From positions 411,720-475,719 of the forward strand of contig JBFWNU010000006.1 of NCBI GenBank assembly GCA_050250895.1: a stretch of DNA of 64,000 nt, read 5' to 3'. Numbering within the stretch: the first letter of the stretch is position 1; each line of letters starts with the position of its first letter. Position numbers and translations under genes: made by a program. Positions 36,829 through 45,442 of this stretch are shown here, piece after piece. The notes under the pieces were generated by a model. It ran no database searches and was not told the DNA's origin. It saw only the letters and a list, made by a program, of their open reading frames with translations. The stretch comes from Vulcanimicrobiota bacterium. GTDB taxonomy: Bacteria; Vulcanimicrobiota; Xenobia; Xenobiales; JADMJV01.

Positions 36829-38458
36829 CCGGCGCGGCTCGATCCTGGTCCTGGCCCTCTTTCTGATGATTACGCTCTTTTATGTGGGAGTGACCTTCCA
36901 TCGTCTGTTGCCTACCGAGTTGCACGCCGCCAATCGGCTGGTGAAGGACAGTCAGGCCTATTATGCTGCCGACGCCGGTGCGCGGCACGCCATCGCCTTT
37001 CTAGAGTCCGAGACCAGGCGCGGTCGCCGGGTGGACCGAGAGAATCTCGAGGGGAGTCTCGGCGCCTGGAGTTGGCAAGCCCGCATTCTGCCACTGCGCC
37101 AGGGAAGCTTTCGCATCAACGTCTCGGTGCTCGATGAGCAGGCGTCGCGGGTGAGCGATCTGGTGGTCACGCTGGAACAGGACCTGTTTTCCCAGTATGC
37201 CTGGTTCGAAGACCAGCTGGCTCCTCAAGTCACCATTCCGGTCTCGGGTTGGCGGATCGACGGGCCGGTGCGATTCAATAGCGTGCTCAGGCTGGACGGC
37301 ATCCACTCAGAAACCTGGCAGGGTGGCCGAGCGCCATTCGGTTCTTCTTTGCTGGTGGCCGAAACCACCGCCGACCAGTTTCGGGGCGATGGCATTCGCT
37401 ATCTAGGCCCGCGAGGCCAGGGTTGGCTCGACATCGATTTGCGTCCCTATGATGACCAGGGCAACCCGCTTCCCGACCGCTATCGGCGGCTACTCCGACA
37501 TGGCCGCACGGCTCTGCGCTCGGGAGTGCGTCCGCTCGCGATGGAAGACTTTCGCGCTCGCTTGCAGCAAGAGGCCACGGCTCTGGGGCCAGCCGGCGAG
37601 GAAGGCCCGCGCTTTCGCCTGGGTGTCGAGGGTCAGCAGGTGACCGGTGGGGTGATGCTGCCCGTCGATGTGTACCAGATTCAGCTGGTGGTCGAAAATC
37701 CGTCCTCGCGCACGGCCCGAATCTGGGTGGTTACCGATCGCGTCTACTGCTACGTTCTGACCGAGGCGGTTTTTGGGCCGGTCGATCTCGTGGATGGGCG
37801 TCGCCTCAATCAGGGCGAGACGGCGTTGACCATCTACCGCAGCCGGAACCGTTCCACCTCGGACTCGGCCAGCGCCGACTTTGCTGACCCGGCGCAGGAT
37901 CCCGAATTGGAATTGGTCCGGGTCGAACGTCACCTGGGCTTGACCAACGGCCTGATCTATTGCGAGGGCAATGTAGGCAGTGCTCGGGGTGGAGGCTTGC
38001 GGGGCGTGAATCGCGGGGCTCGCACCGTGGCTGCCGGCGGGACCATCTTCTTGCAGGGCGATCTGTTGCCGGCCGAACTTTCTTCCTTGGGAGCGCTGAC
38101 GACCTCGGGCGGCGATACCCTGGGAGTGGTGGCCCGCACCCTTCGCATCAACCTGCCCGATCGCGGAGGACCGCCCCGCCGCAGCGACGACCCGCTCTAT
38201 CTGTATGGCAGCTACTATGCCGGGGGGGTGGCCTCTGGTTCAGACCGAGCCGGCCTGCAGATCGACGAGCCCTATTCGGGCAATTCCGGACGGATCGAGC
38301 TGGTGGGCGGGTTGCAGGTGCAGACCACGAACGGCGGTCAGCCGGACTCGGCGATGGCTCTCTCTTTGACCTACGATCCCAATATCAGCCGCCAGCCGCC
38401 GCCGTACTATCCCCGCCAGGCGCGCTTCAAGATCGTGGGGTGGGCGACTCGACGATAG
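36812..38458 (+). CDS. PilX-like large minor pilin, second paralog
   Basis: RRG|SILVLALFLM; ADAG; GVNRGARTVA; PLYLYG; PPPYYP. Confidence 0.8.
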   Translation: MWPNPSRRGSILVLALFLMITLFYVGVTFHRLLPTELHAANRLVKDSQAYYAADAGARHAIAFLESETRRGRRVDRENLEGSLGAWSWQARILPLRQGSFRINVSVLDEQASRVSDLVVTLEQDLFSQYAWFEDQLAPQVTIPVSGWRIDGPVRFNSVLRLDGIHSETWQGGRAPFGSSLLVAETTADQFRGDGIRYLGPRGQGWLDIDLRPYDDQGNPLPDRYRRLLRHGRTALRSGVRPLAMEDFRARLQQEATALGPAGEEGPRFRLGVEGQQVTGGVMLPVDVYQIQLVVENPSSRTARIWVVTDRVYCYVLTEAVFGPVDLVDGRRLNQGETALTIYRSRNRSTSDSASADFADPAQDPELELVRVERHLGLTNGLIYCEGNVGSARGGGLRGVNRGARTVAAGGTIFLQGDLLPAELSSLGALTTSGGDTLGVVARTLRINLPDRGGPPRRSDDPLYLYGSYYAGGVASGSDRAGLQIDEPYSGNSGRIELVGGLQVQTTNGGQPDSAMALSLTYDPNISRQPPPYYPRQARFKIVGWATRR

Positions 38459-38460
38459 GT

Positions 38461-38829
38461 CTAACCCTGCTCGAGCCCCCGGAGGACGGCTAGCTTGCGG
38501 TCGTTGAACTCATCCTCGCTAAAACCCAGCCGTCGCGCCATTTTCTTGAGATAGGCCAGCTCGTCGTTGTTGATCAGGCCGTCGGCCAGGGCCACCGTGA
38601 TCAAGTCGCCCAATGCCTCGAGTCGGTCTTCGGGATCGGCCAGGACCGTCTCGAGAGCGGCCTGATGATTAGAGTCGGTCATCTCGGAGGCGGCCCGCAC
38701 CTCTTCGGCGGTATATCCCAGGTAACCGAGAATATTGGCCACCGCCAGCTGCTCCTGGCCGTCGAAGACACCGTCGGCATAGGCCACCTCGAGCATCGCT
38801 CGAAGCACCTCGGTCTTGCGTTTGTCCAC
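38461..38829 (-). CDS. TerB-family protein
   Basis: VAYADGVFDGQE and VALADGLINNDE motifs; GTG start at 38829. Confidence 0.85.
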   Translation of the reverse strand: MDKRKTEVLRAMLEVAYADGVFDGQEQLAVANILGYLGYTAEEVRAASEMTDSNHQAALETVLADPEDRLEALGDLITVALADGLINNDELAYLKKMARRLGFSEDEFNDRKLAVLRGLEQG

Positions 38830-38924
38830 CTGATTCCGTTCCGCGGACGGTGGGCCCAGACCTGCCCTGCGGCAGGATCTTCTGGCCTTGCGGCGCACTA
38901 TCCCGAAAAGCCAAGGAGGCACTA

Positions 38925-39308
38925 GTGGAGAGACGAGAGTTCCCCAGGGTCAAGCTTCATCATCAGGCGATGGTCGAGGGCGAAGGCCAGCGTGTTTCGG
39001 TGGTGGTATCCGACATTAACGCCAACGGGGTGTGTCTGCATGCCGAGCAGCCGATCCCGAGCCAGGGGACCATCAAGCTCGTCTTTCCTGGCATCGCGGC
39101 GGCGCGCGAATATGAAGCTGTCTATGCCCGCTCCAGCGGCGGTGACCACACCATCGGGGCTCGCTTTCGGCCCTGGCGCGACGGTAGCGACCCGGTCGAG
39201 GCGATTCTGCGTTATCTCAATGCCCAAAAAACCAAAGAAGGCTTTCAGGGCAAGCCAGGCTTCGAGCCCAATGCCAAGCCGTATTTCGGCGATCGCTCAC
39301 CGAGCTAA
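38925..39308 (+). CDS. Single PilZ-domain protein
   Basis: ERREFPR, DINANG, GARF; AAGGAGG SD. Confidence 0.8.
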   Translation: MERREFPRVKLHHQAMVEGEGQRVSVVVSDINANGVCLHAEQPIPSQGTIKLVFPGIAAAREYEAVYARSSGGDHTIGARFRPWRDGSDPVEAILRYLNAQKTKEGFQGKPGFEPNAKPYFGDRSPS

Positions 39309-40124
39309 GGCCCAGGCGAGCATGAACATGGCCAGTCCGATTCGGTAGACTACGAAGGGCCGAAAGCTGGCCCGTTCCAAGTAGGCGGCCAGGGCTCGAA
39401 TGCAAACTAGCCCCGAGGCACCGGCCGCCACCATGCCGATCAACGAAGGGCCCAGCAGGCCCCAGTCGGGCGGCGAAAGCAGCAGCTTTAGCAGTTTGTA
39501 GCCGGCGGCCCCGGCCACCAGGGGCATCGACAACAAGAACGAGAACCGGGCTGACTCAGCCCGCGATAGACCGACACTGCGACCGGCCGCCATGGTGGCG
39601 CCACTTCTCGAGGTGCCGGGCATCAGCGCAGCCGCCTGGGCCAGACCCAGCCAGACCAAATGCAACCAGCCTAGCTCTTGAGCGGACGCTCGCCGCACCG
39701 GAAAGCGGTCGGCCCGGTCCAACAGCACAGCCCAAACCACCAGCATCACAGCCATTGGTGCCAGGCCGCCCAGAGGGCCTTCGAAGACCTCTTGAAACAG
39801 CCATCCGATCACCGCGGCCGGGGCGGTGGCCACCATCAATGCCAGCAGCAGCCTGCGCTGTCTCGGACTGGCCGCCCGAGGATGGCGGGCCGTTTTGAGC
39901 AACTCGTCGAGTTGGGGTCGCAGATAGACAGCCAGCGCTCCCAGAGTGCCTAGATGAAGCGCCACGTCAAACGACTTGCCCAGATAATTCCAGCCGAACA
40001 ACTCGGGAAACAGCAACAGGTGAGCCGAAGAGGAGACGGGAAAAAATTCGGTCATCCCCTGGACCAGCCCGAGGATGACCGCTTGGAGCCAGACCGGGGT
40101 ATTCAGCGCCCGGCGGCCGCCCAA
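39297..40124 (-). CDS. uppP: Undecaprenyl-diphosphate phosphatase (BacA)
   Basis: GLVQGMTEFFPVSSSAHL, PGTSRSGAT, FSFLLS, YRI; start approximate. Confidence 0.95.
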   Translation of the reverse strand: MGGRRALNTPVWLQAVILGLVQGMTEFFPVSSSAHLLLFPELFGWNYLGKSFDVALHLGTLGALAVYLRPQLDELLKTARHPRAASPRQRRLLLALMVATAPAAVIGWLFQEVFEGPLGGLAPMAVMLVVWAVLLDRADRFPVRRASAQELGWLHLVWLGLAQAAALMPGTSRSGATMAAGRSVGLSRAESARFSFLLSMPLVAGAAGYKLLKLLLSPPDWGLLGPSLIGMVAAGASGLVCIRALAAYLERASFRPFVVYRIGLAMFMLAWALAR

Positions 40125-41872
40125 TTCATGTGGTTCATCGCGTAGCCGCGCAGGCCCTCGGCGATCGACTCGGCGATGCGCTGACGATACTCCGGCTGAG
40201 AGAGCAGGCCACCTTCATTGCTGTTGGTGAGAAAGGCTGTTTCGATCAGCACCGCCGGCATACGGGTGTGAGCCAGCACATAGAAGCGGTTCTTCTGGAC
40301 GCCGCGATTGGCCCGGCCGGTGCCGGCCAGGATCGATCCCTGCAAAGATCTGGCCAGCACCAGGTCGCCTTGCTTGTAGTAGTGCAGGCTGGTGCCGTTG
40401 ACGGACGGGTTGGTGCTGGCGTTGCAATGCACGCTCACGAAGAGATCGGCTTTCATGTCGTTGGCCACCTGGGCCCGGGCCCCAAGTTCTTGTTTGGCGC
40501 TCGAACCTGACCAGGAGACGTCGCGGTCGTCACTGCGCGTCATGACCACGTTCCAGCCCTGACCCTTCAGGATGCGAGAGAGTCGAGCGCAGATGTCGAG
40601 GGTGACCTCTTTCTCGGTCAAACCGATGGAGCGATTGACCGCCCCCGGGTCGGAGCCACCATGCCCGGCATCGATACAGATGATGCCGCCGGCGGTCGGA
40701 AACGAGGTCGTACCATAACCCTTGAGCACGGCGTAGCGGGGGTTGATCTCTTGATGCAGCACCTCGATGGCCAGGTCGTTCTCGCCTTTGCCGCTGAGAA
40801 AGCGCATATTGGCCGGACGCTTGAGATCCATCACCACGCGCACCACCGGCTTGGGCTGGGGTTGAAACTGGCTGACCCGCACCGACCCGACATAGGGGTC
40901 GTTGATCTCGAAAGCCTTCTTCTTGTCGGGCAGCATGGCGTTGGGGATGTCCATGAAGAAGCGGTTGTCGGGGGGAAGCAGGCGGCTCCACTCGTATTGC
41001 AGCGGGGCGTTGGCGTGGATTTCGAAGCGGACACCGTTGTTGATAGTGTCCAGACGCACCTCGCTGATGGTGGCGCATTGGAAGTTCTGGGCGGGTGCGC
41101 TGACCTGGGGCAGCTTCATGTTGAAGGCGATAGCCGAAGCCTTGCCCTGAGTCTGACCCGAAACGACCACGCCGTTGCTGGTGGGGATGACGATGCGGCT
41201 GATGGCCGGGCCGAGTTCGAACTGACCAAGACGAACGTCGCCCATCTCGGGATGGTCGACCGTCATTCGCGGGGTGTCGAGCACGGCTCCGGCCACATCG
41301 ATGACGAAACGGTCGGGCTCGCGCAGGCGAAAGCTTTTGAAAGTGACGGGGGCGGTGGAGTCGATGACCAGCTTGACGTTCTTGCCACTGCCTTCGATTT
41401 TGACCGAACGGATTACGGGCTCGACGTAGACGGTCTGCTCGCGAAAGGTCAGACGCACGTCGAGCAGTTCTTCGAGGGCCGAGAGCGGGATGTGGATGGC
41501 ACCGTCCATCAGTTGCGGAGCCATCGGCAGCTTGCGTCCCTCGTCGCCGGCCGGCAGGTGGGTCTGGTTGAGAGCCAGGCTCACGCCGTTGGTGCTGGTG
41601 AGGGTGGTCTTGGCCGAGGACCATTCTAGATTCTTGCCAAAAGCCTGGGCTACGGCCTGCAGTTCAGGTACGTCGGCTCGCACCATGAACTCTTCGTCGA
41701 GGCTGGTGGCCCGACCCTGAACTCGAAGCTTGTGACCTAGAAAGCGCAACTCGCGTTCGGAGCGGTCGCGCAATTCGCACTTAGGTGAGTCGGGCTCTTC
41801 TTGGGCCAGACTCGGCGTCAGGGTAGCTACCGTCAGCAGCAAGACGATGAGGACGCTAACGCGCTTGAGCAT
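40103..41872 (-). CDS. N-acetylmuramoyl-L-alanine amidase (Amidase_3) with two AMIN domains
   Basis: IDAGHGGSDPGA, EK, SVHCNA, PAVLIETAFLTN; PDRFVID/VRLGQF and RFFMD/VRVSQF. Confidence 0.93.
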   Translation of the reverse strand: MLKRVSVLIVLLLTVATLTPSLAQEEPDSPKCELRDRSERELRFLGHKLRVQGRATSLDEEFMVRADVPELQAVAQAFGKNLEWSSAKTTLTSTNGVSLALNQTHLPAGDEGRKLPMAPQLMDGAIHIPLSALEELLDVRLTFREQTVYVEPVIRSVKIEGSGKNVKLVIDSTAPVTFKSFRLREPDRFVIDVAGAVLDTPRMTVDHPEMGDVRLGQFELGPAISRIVIPTSNGVVVSGQTQGKASAIAFNMKLPQVSAPAQNFQCATISEVRLDTINNGVRFEIHANAPLQYEWSRLLPPDNRFFMDIPNAMLPDKKKAFEINDPYVGSVRVSQFQPQPKPVVRVVMDLKRPANMRFLSGKGENDLAIEVLHQEINPRYAVLKGYGTTSFPTAGGIICIDAGHGGSDPGAVNRSIGLTEKEVTLDICARLSRILKGQGWNVVMTRSDDRDVSWSGSSAKQELGARAQVANDMKADLFVSVHCNASTNPSVNGTSLHYYKQGDLVLARSLQGSILAGTGRANRGVQKNRFYVLAHTRMPAVLIETAFLTNSNEGGLLSQPEYRQRIAESIAEGLRGYAMNHMNWAAAGR

Positions 41873-42929
41873 AGGTGTTCTCTCCTTGATTTAGTTCGGT
41901 CAAATAAACAAACTGAAGGCCGCGCGCTCTCGCTTCGGGAATCCATTGCTCGAGGGCGGCCAGGGTGTTGGCCCGAGGATGGCCGATGGCGATGGCGCTG
42001 CCATGGGTCTCGGCGACCTTCTCGGCCTGGGCGAGTTGAGCCAGAATCGGCTCGACCGCATCCTGGTTGTCAAGAAAGATGTCGCGTTGGAGCAGTTGCA
42101 CGCCGGCCGCTGGAGCGAGCCTGGGGGCCACGCTGGCCCCGGTGGTGCGGCTGTCGAGATAGAAGATTTGTCGACGTTTGGCTTCGGCCAGGACCAGCCT
42201 CATGACGGCTTCGTTGGCGCTGGCCTTGGAGCCCTGGTGATTGTTGACTCCGACGATGCCAGGCACGGCGTCAAAGTCAGAGCGAATCTGGGTCTCGAGT
42301 TCCTGGGGGGTCATGCTGGTCTTGAGGGTGCCTGGACCAGGGTCACTCGCGCCTTCGGCCTCCATCGGCAGATGGAGGATGACGCATTTGCCCGAGGCCG
42401 CGGCTCGCTGGGCTACCTCGTGAGCGTAGGGCACGTGGGGCAGCACCGCCAGACTGATCGGGGTGTCGAGGGCGATGAATCCCTCGTTGGGAGAGTTGCC
42501 GCAGTCATCGATGACGATGGCCAATCGACCTTTGACCGGGACCTCAGCCAGGGGAGTGGGCTTGGGGTCGGGCAGGGGCGGACTGGCGACGGTCGCCGGG
42601 GTGGGAGTCGGTCGAGGCCGTTCGGCCGGTTTGGGAGGTGGGGTCTGGGGCGCAGGGGGAGCGGGGCGCACCTCGGGTTGGTTGGCTTCTGGCTCGAGAG
42701 GAACGGGTGGGGGAGGCGGCTCGACGCTCGCCGGGGCCGACGGATGGGACGCCGTGGGTTGAAGATAGGCCTGCCAACGCTCGAGCGTTGGTCCGGCCTT
42801 GAGGGTCAGATAAGAGCCGGCGGCAGCCCCGAACAGGGCGGTGGCGATAAAGCCGGCTGCCAATTTGGAGCGGCCCTGAGTGCCAGCCGCCTTCTTCTTC
42901 CTGGGTGCTTTGGCCAAGTTTCCTCCCAC
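41856..42929 (-). CDS. Divergent polysaccharide deacetylase (YibQ-like) with TM anchor and Pro-rich linker
   Basis: LAIVIDDCG, LHLPME, NNHQGS, DSRT, RDIFLDN, IAIGHP. Confidence 0.92.
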   Translation of the reverse strand: MGGNLAKAPRKKKAAGTQGRSKLAAGFIATALFGAAAGSYLTLKAGPTLERWQAYLQPTASHPSAPASVEPPPPPVPLEPEANQPEVRPAPPAPQTPPPKPAERPRPTPTPATVASPPLPDPKPTPLAEVPVKGRLAIVIDDCGNSPNEGFIALDTPISLAVLPHVPYAHEVAQRAAASGKCVILHLPMEAEGASDPGPGTLKTSMTPQELETQIRSDFDAVPGIVGVNNHQGSKASANEAVMRLVLAEAKRRQIFYLDSRTTGASVAPRLAPAAGVQLLQRDIFLDNQDAVEPILAQLAQAEKVAETHGSAIAIGHPRANTLAALEQWIPEARARGLQFVYLTELNQGENTYAQAR

Positions 42930-43098
42930 ATGCTCGCGTCGAACAAACGCGACTTGAATGGTTTCCCTGCCATAGATTTAATTTCCTTCAACACCCGATA
43001 ACTTCTGCCTTTTAGACCTGTCTTTCGCACGTTTGTTCTGGTCTGGAACTGTTCGATTCTGCAGGTATCGCTGCGGCGGGGACAAACTGCTTGAAGGT

Positions 43099-44295
43099 AT
43101 GCGCCTGGGACCTGAGAGCTTTCGGTTCGAATGGGACTTCCCCGATGGTCGCCGGGCCCTGATGCGGCGGGCGGGCTGGGATGATGTCGACGCTTTGCGC
43201 GCTCTCTACTTCACCACCTACGGAGACCGCTACGGCTTACCCGAGGTGGTCGACGACGAGCGCTGCCGCCATGTGTTGACCAGTTCGGATTGGTTCTGGC
43301 TGTTGACCGAGTGCGAGGGTCGGGTCATCGCTTCGCTCATCTTCGGGCTAGAAAGTCGTCATCGCCTGGGCAAGACCTTCGGGGGGGTGGTCGAGGCCGA
43401 GTTTCGCGGCCACAAGATCATGCAGGTCATGCTGCGCGAAGGTTTGGGGCTCCTACTGTGTGAGGGAGGGCCTTTCGACCTCGTCTATGCCGTAGTCCGA
43501 ACTTTCGTGTCGCTGAATTTCCATCTCGACTTGTCCGAATTGGGCTTCGTAGACGTCGGCATCTTTCCCAACGTGCGCAAGGTGCAGCACTACGAGACCC
43601 ACGGGCTCAAAGTTTGCCTGGGCGAAGTGGCCAAGCGCGATCGGCGTCGGACGCCGGAGTTGATTCCGGAACTGGTCACCCTCTACGACATCACCCGCAA
43701 GCGCCTTGGCTTCGAGCCGGCCCGGCGGGTCACGGTCAAGCGAGACCCGCCGCCCCTCGAACGCGTCGAATTAGTCGAGCGCGCCGAAGTAGGCAAAGGG
43801 GTGGACACCAGCCGAGTCCGCTTTCTGTGGAAGACCTCGCGAGACCTCGAGTTCTCCTTCTTTCCGTTACATCTGCCCAACCTGATCTTGACCGATCCCA
43901 GCGGAGTAGTGAGGGTCTTTCTCTGCCTCCAAGAACGCGACGGTCACGCCAGCATTCTGGGCATTCGATTCGGTGGTTATGACCGGGCCGAAGTGCTGCT
44001 CTCGGTGGCCGACTACTGTCAGGAACGGGGCGCCACCTATCTCGAATTGCTGGTGTCGGCTTACTCCCCCGAAGACCAGGCCCTGGCCTATCGAGCCGGC
44101 TTTTTGCCGTGCGCCTATTTCCCGGCCGCTGAAGTCGACCGCCAGGGACGCCGGGCGGATGTGGTCATCACCTCGAAGACCTTTGTTCCGCTCCATTTTC
44201 GCGGACTCAAGCTGCCCGAGCAGACCAAGCCCTACCTGCTCGAATTCTACAAGACCTACACGGCCCATCTGTGGGAGGAATTGATGGATGCCTGA
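43099..44295 (+). CDS. Tandem GNAT-fold protein
   Basis: MRRAGWDDVDALRALY, VEAEFRGHKI, LGFVDVGIFP, AGFLPCAYFPA. Confidence 0.7.
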   Translation: MRLGPESFRFEWDFPDGRRALMRRAGWDDVDALRALYFTTYGDRYGLPEVVDDERCRHVLTSSDWFWLLTECEGRVIASLIFGLESRHRLGKTFGGVVEAEFRGHKIMQVMLREGLGLLLCEGGPFDLVYAVVRTFVSLNFHLDLSELGFVDVGIFPNVRKVQHYETHGLKVCLGEVAKRDRRRTPELIPELVTLYDITRKRLGFEPARRVTVKRDPPPLERVELVERAEVGKGVDTSRVRFLWKTSRDLEFSFFPLHLPNLILTDPSGVVRVFLCLQERDGHASILGIRFGGYDRAEVLLSVADYCQERGATYLELLVSAYSPEDQALAYRAGFLPCAYFPAAEVDRQGRRADVVITSKTFVPLHFRGLKLPEQTKPYLLEFYKTYTAHLWEELMDA

Positions 44296-45442
44296 ACAGG
44301 CCCGCGCGGCCGAGGTGCTGCGCACCTTTCGCGGCTCGACCGACAGCCTGATCGGCAGTCGCCGTGGCCTTTTGATCCGCAGACGAGACGACCGTGCCTT
44401 TCTCAGGGCCATGCGAGAAGCTTTCGCCCACCATTACCTGGCCTGCCCCGAGTATCGCCAGGTCTGCCATCGCCAGGGTCTGTTACCCTCGAGGCTTCGG
44501 CGGTTGGAGCAACTGCCGGACATACCGTATCTGTTCGTGACGGTCCTCAAATACAACCGTCTGGTCTCGGTGCCCGACTCCAGGCTGCGCCTGGTCTTGA
44601 CTTCCAGCGGCACCAGCGGCCAAAAAAGCGCCATTTATCTTGATGGCAAGTCGCTCCAGCGCATCGAGCGCATCGTGCGCCATATCTATGGCGACCTGGG
44701 AATGGTCAACCGCCGGCGGACCAACTATCTGTGCTTCACCTACGACCCCGAAGTCGCCGGGGATCTGGGCACGGCCTTTTCCGACAAGTTGCTGACCAAC
44801 CTTACTCGGGTGGCCGAAGTCTTCTACTGTATCCGCTGGGACGGCGGCGACTGGTATGTCGACCGTCAGGGGGTGCTCGACAAGCTCGAGCGGTTCGAAG
44901 CGAGCGGCAGACCGCTGCGAGTGCTGGGCTTCCCGGCCCACGCCTGGGACGTGCTGGGCAAAATCGTCGAGGAGCGAGGCCGACCCTTTGCCTTCGGTCC
45001 GCTCAGTTATGTCATCACGGGTGGCGGGTGGAAGACCCTGGCCGGCCACGAGATCCCCAAGCCCGAGTTTCGCGCCAGGCTAGGCGAATGGCTGGGGATC
45101 CCTGCCTGTAACGTGCGCGATCTCTACGGCATGGTCGAGCACGGGGTCCCCTATTGCGAGTGCGAGTTTGGTCGCATGCATGTGCCGCGCTACTCGCGGG
45201 TGTTCGTGCGCGACCCCGAAAGCCTGAAGGTGCTCGAGTGGGGGCAGACGGGCATGCTACACTTTCTGACCCCTTATTTGCATTCGTTTCCAGCCATCTC
45301 GCTGCTCACCACCGACCTCGGCCATCTCGAGCCGGGTTGCCCCTGCGGCCGCCGTTCCCCGGTGCTGGTCCTGCAGGGTAGGGGAGGGGTAACCAAACAC
45401 AAGGGTTGCGCGATTGCAGCGCTCGAGGTGCTCAAGACCTGA
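44288..45442 (+). CDS. luxE: LuxE-family acyl-protein synthetase
   Basis: TSSGTSGQKS, GGGWK, RDLYGMVEH, TTDLG, CPCGR, C-terminal KGCA acyl-accepting Cys. Confidence 0.92.
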   Translation: MPEQARAAEVLRTFRGSTDSLIGSRRGLLIRRRDDRAFLRAMREAFAHHYLACPEYRQVCHRQGLLPSRLRRLEQLPDIPYLFVTVLKYNRLVSVPDSRLRLVLTSSGTSGQKSAIYLDGKSLQRIERIVRHIYGDLGMVNRRRTNYLCFTYDPEVAGDLGTAFSDKLLTNLTRVAEVFYCIRWDGGDWYVDRQGVLDKLERFEASGRPLRVLGFPAHAWDVLGKIVEERGRPFAFGPLSYVITGGGWKTLAGHEIPKPEFRARLGEWLGIPACNVRDLYGMVEHGVPYCECEFGRMHVPRYSRVFVRDPESLKVLEWGQTGMLHFLTPYLHSFPAISLLTTDLGHLEPGCPCGRRSPVLVLQGRGGVTKHKGCAIAALEVLKT

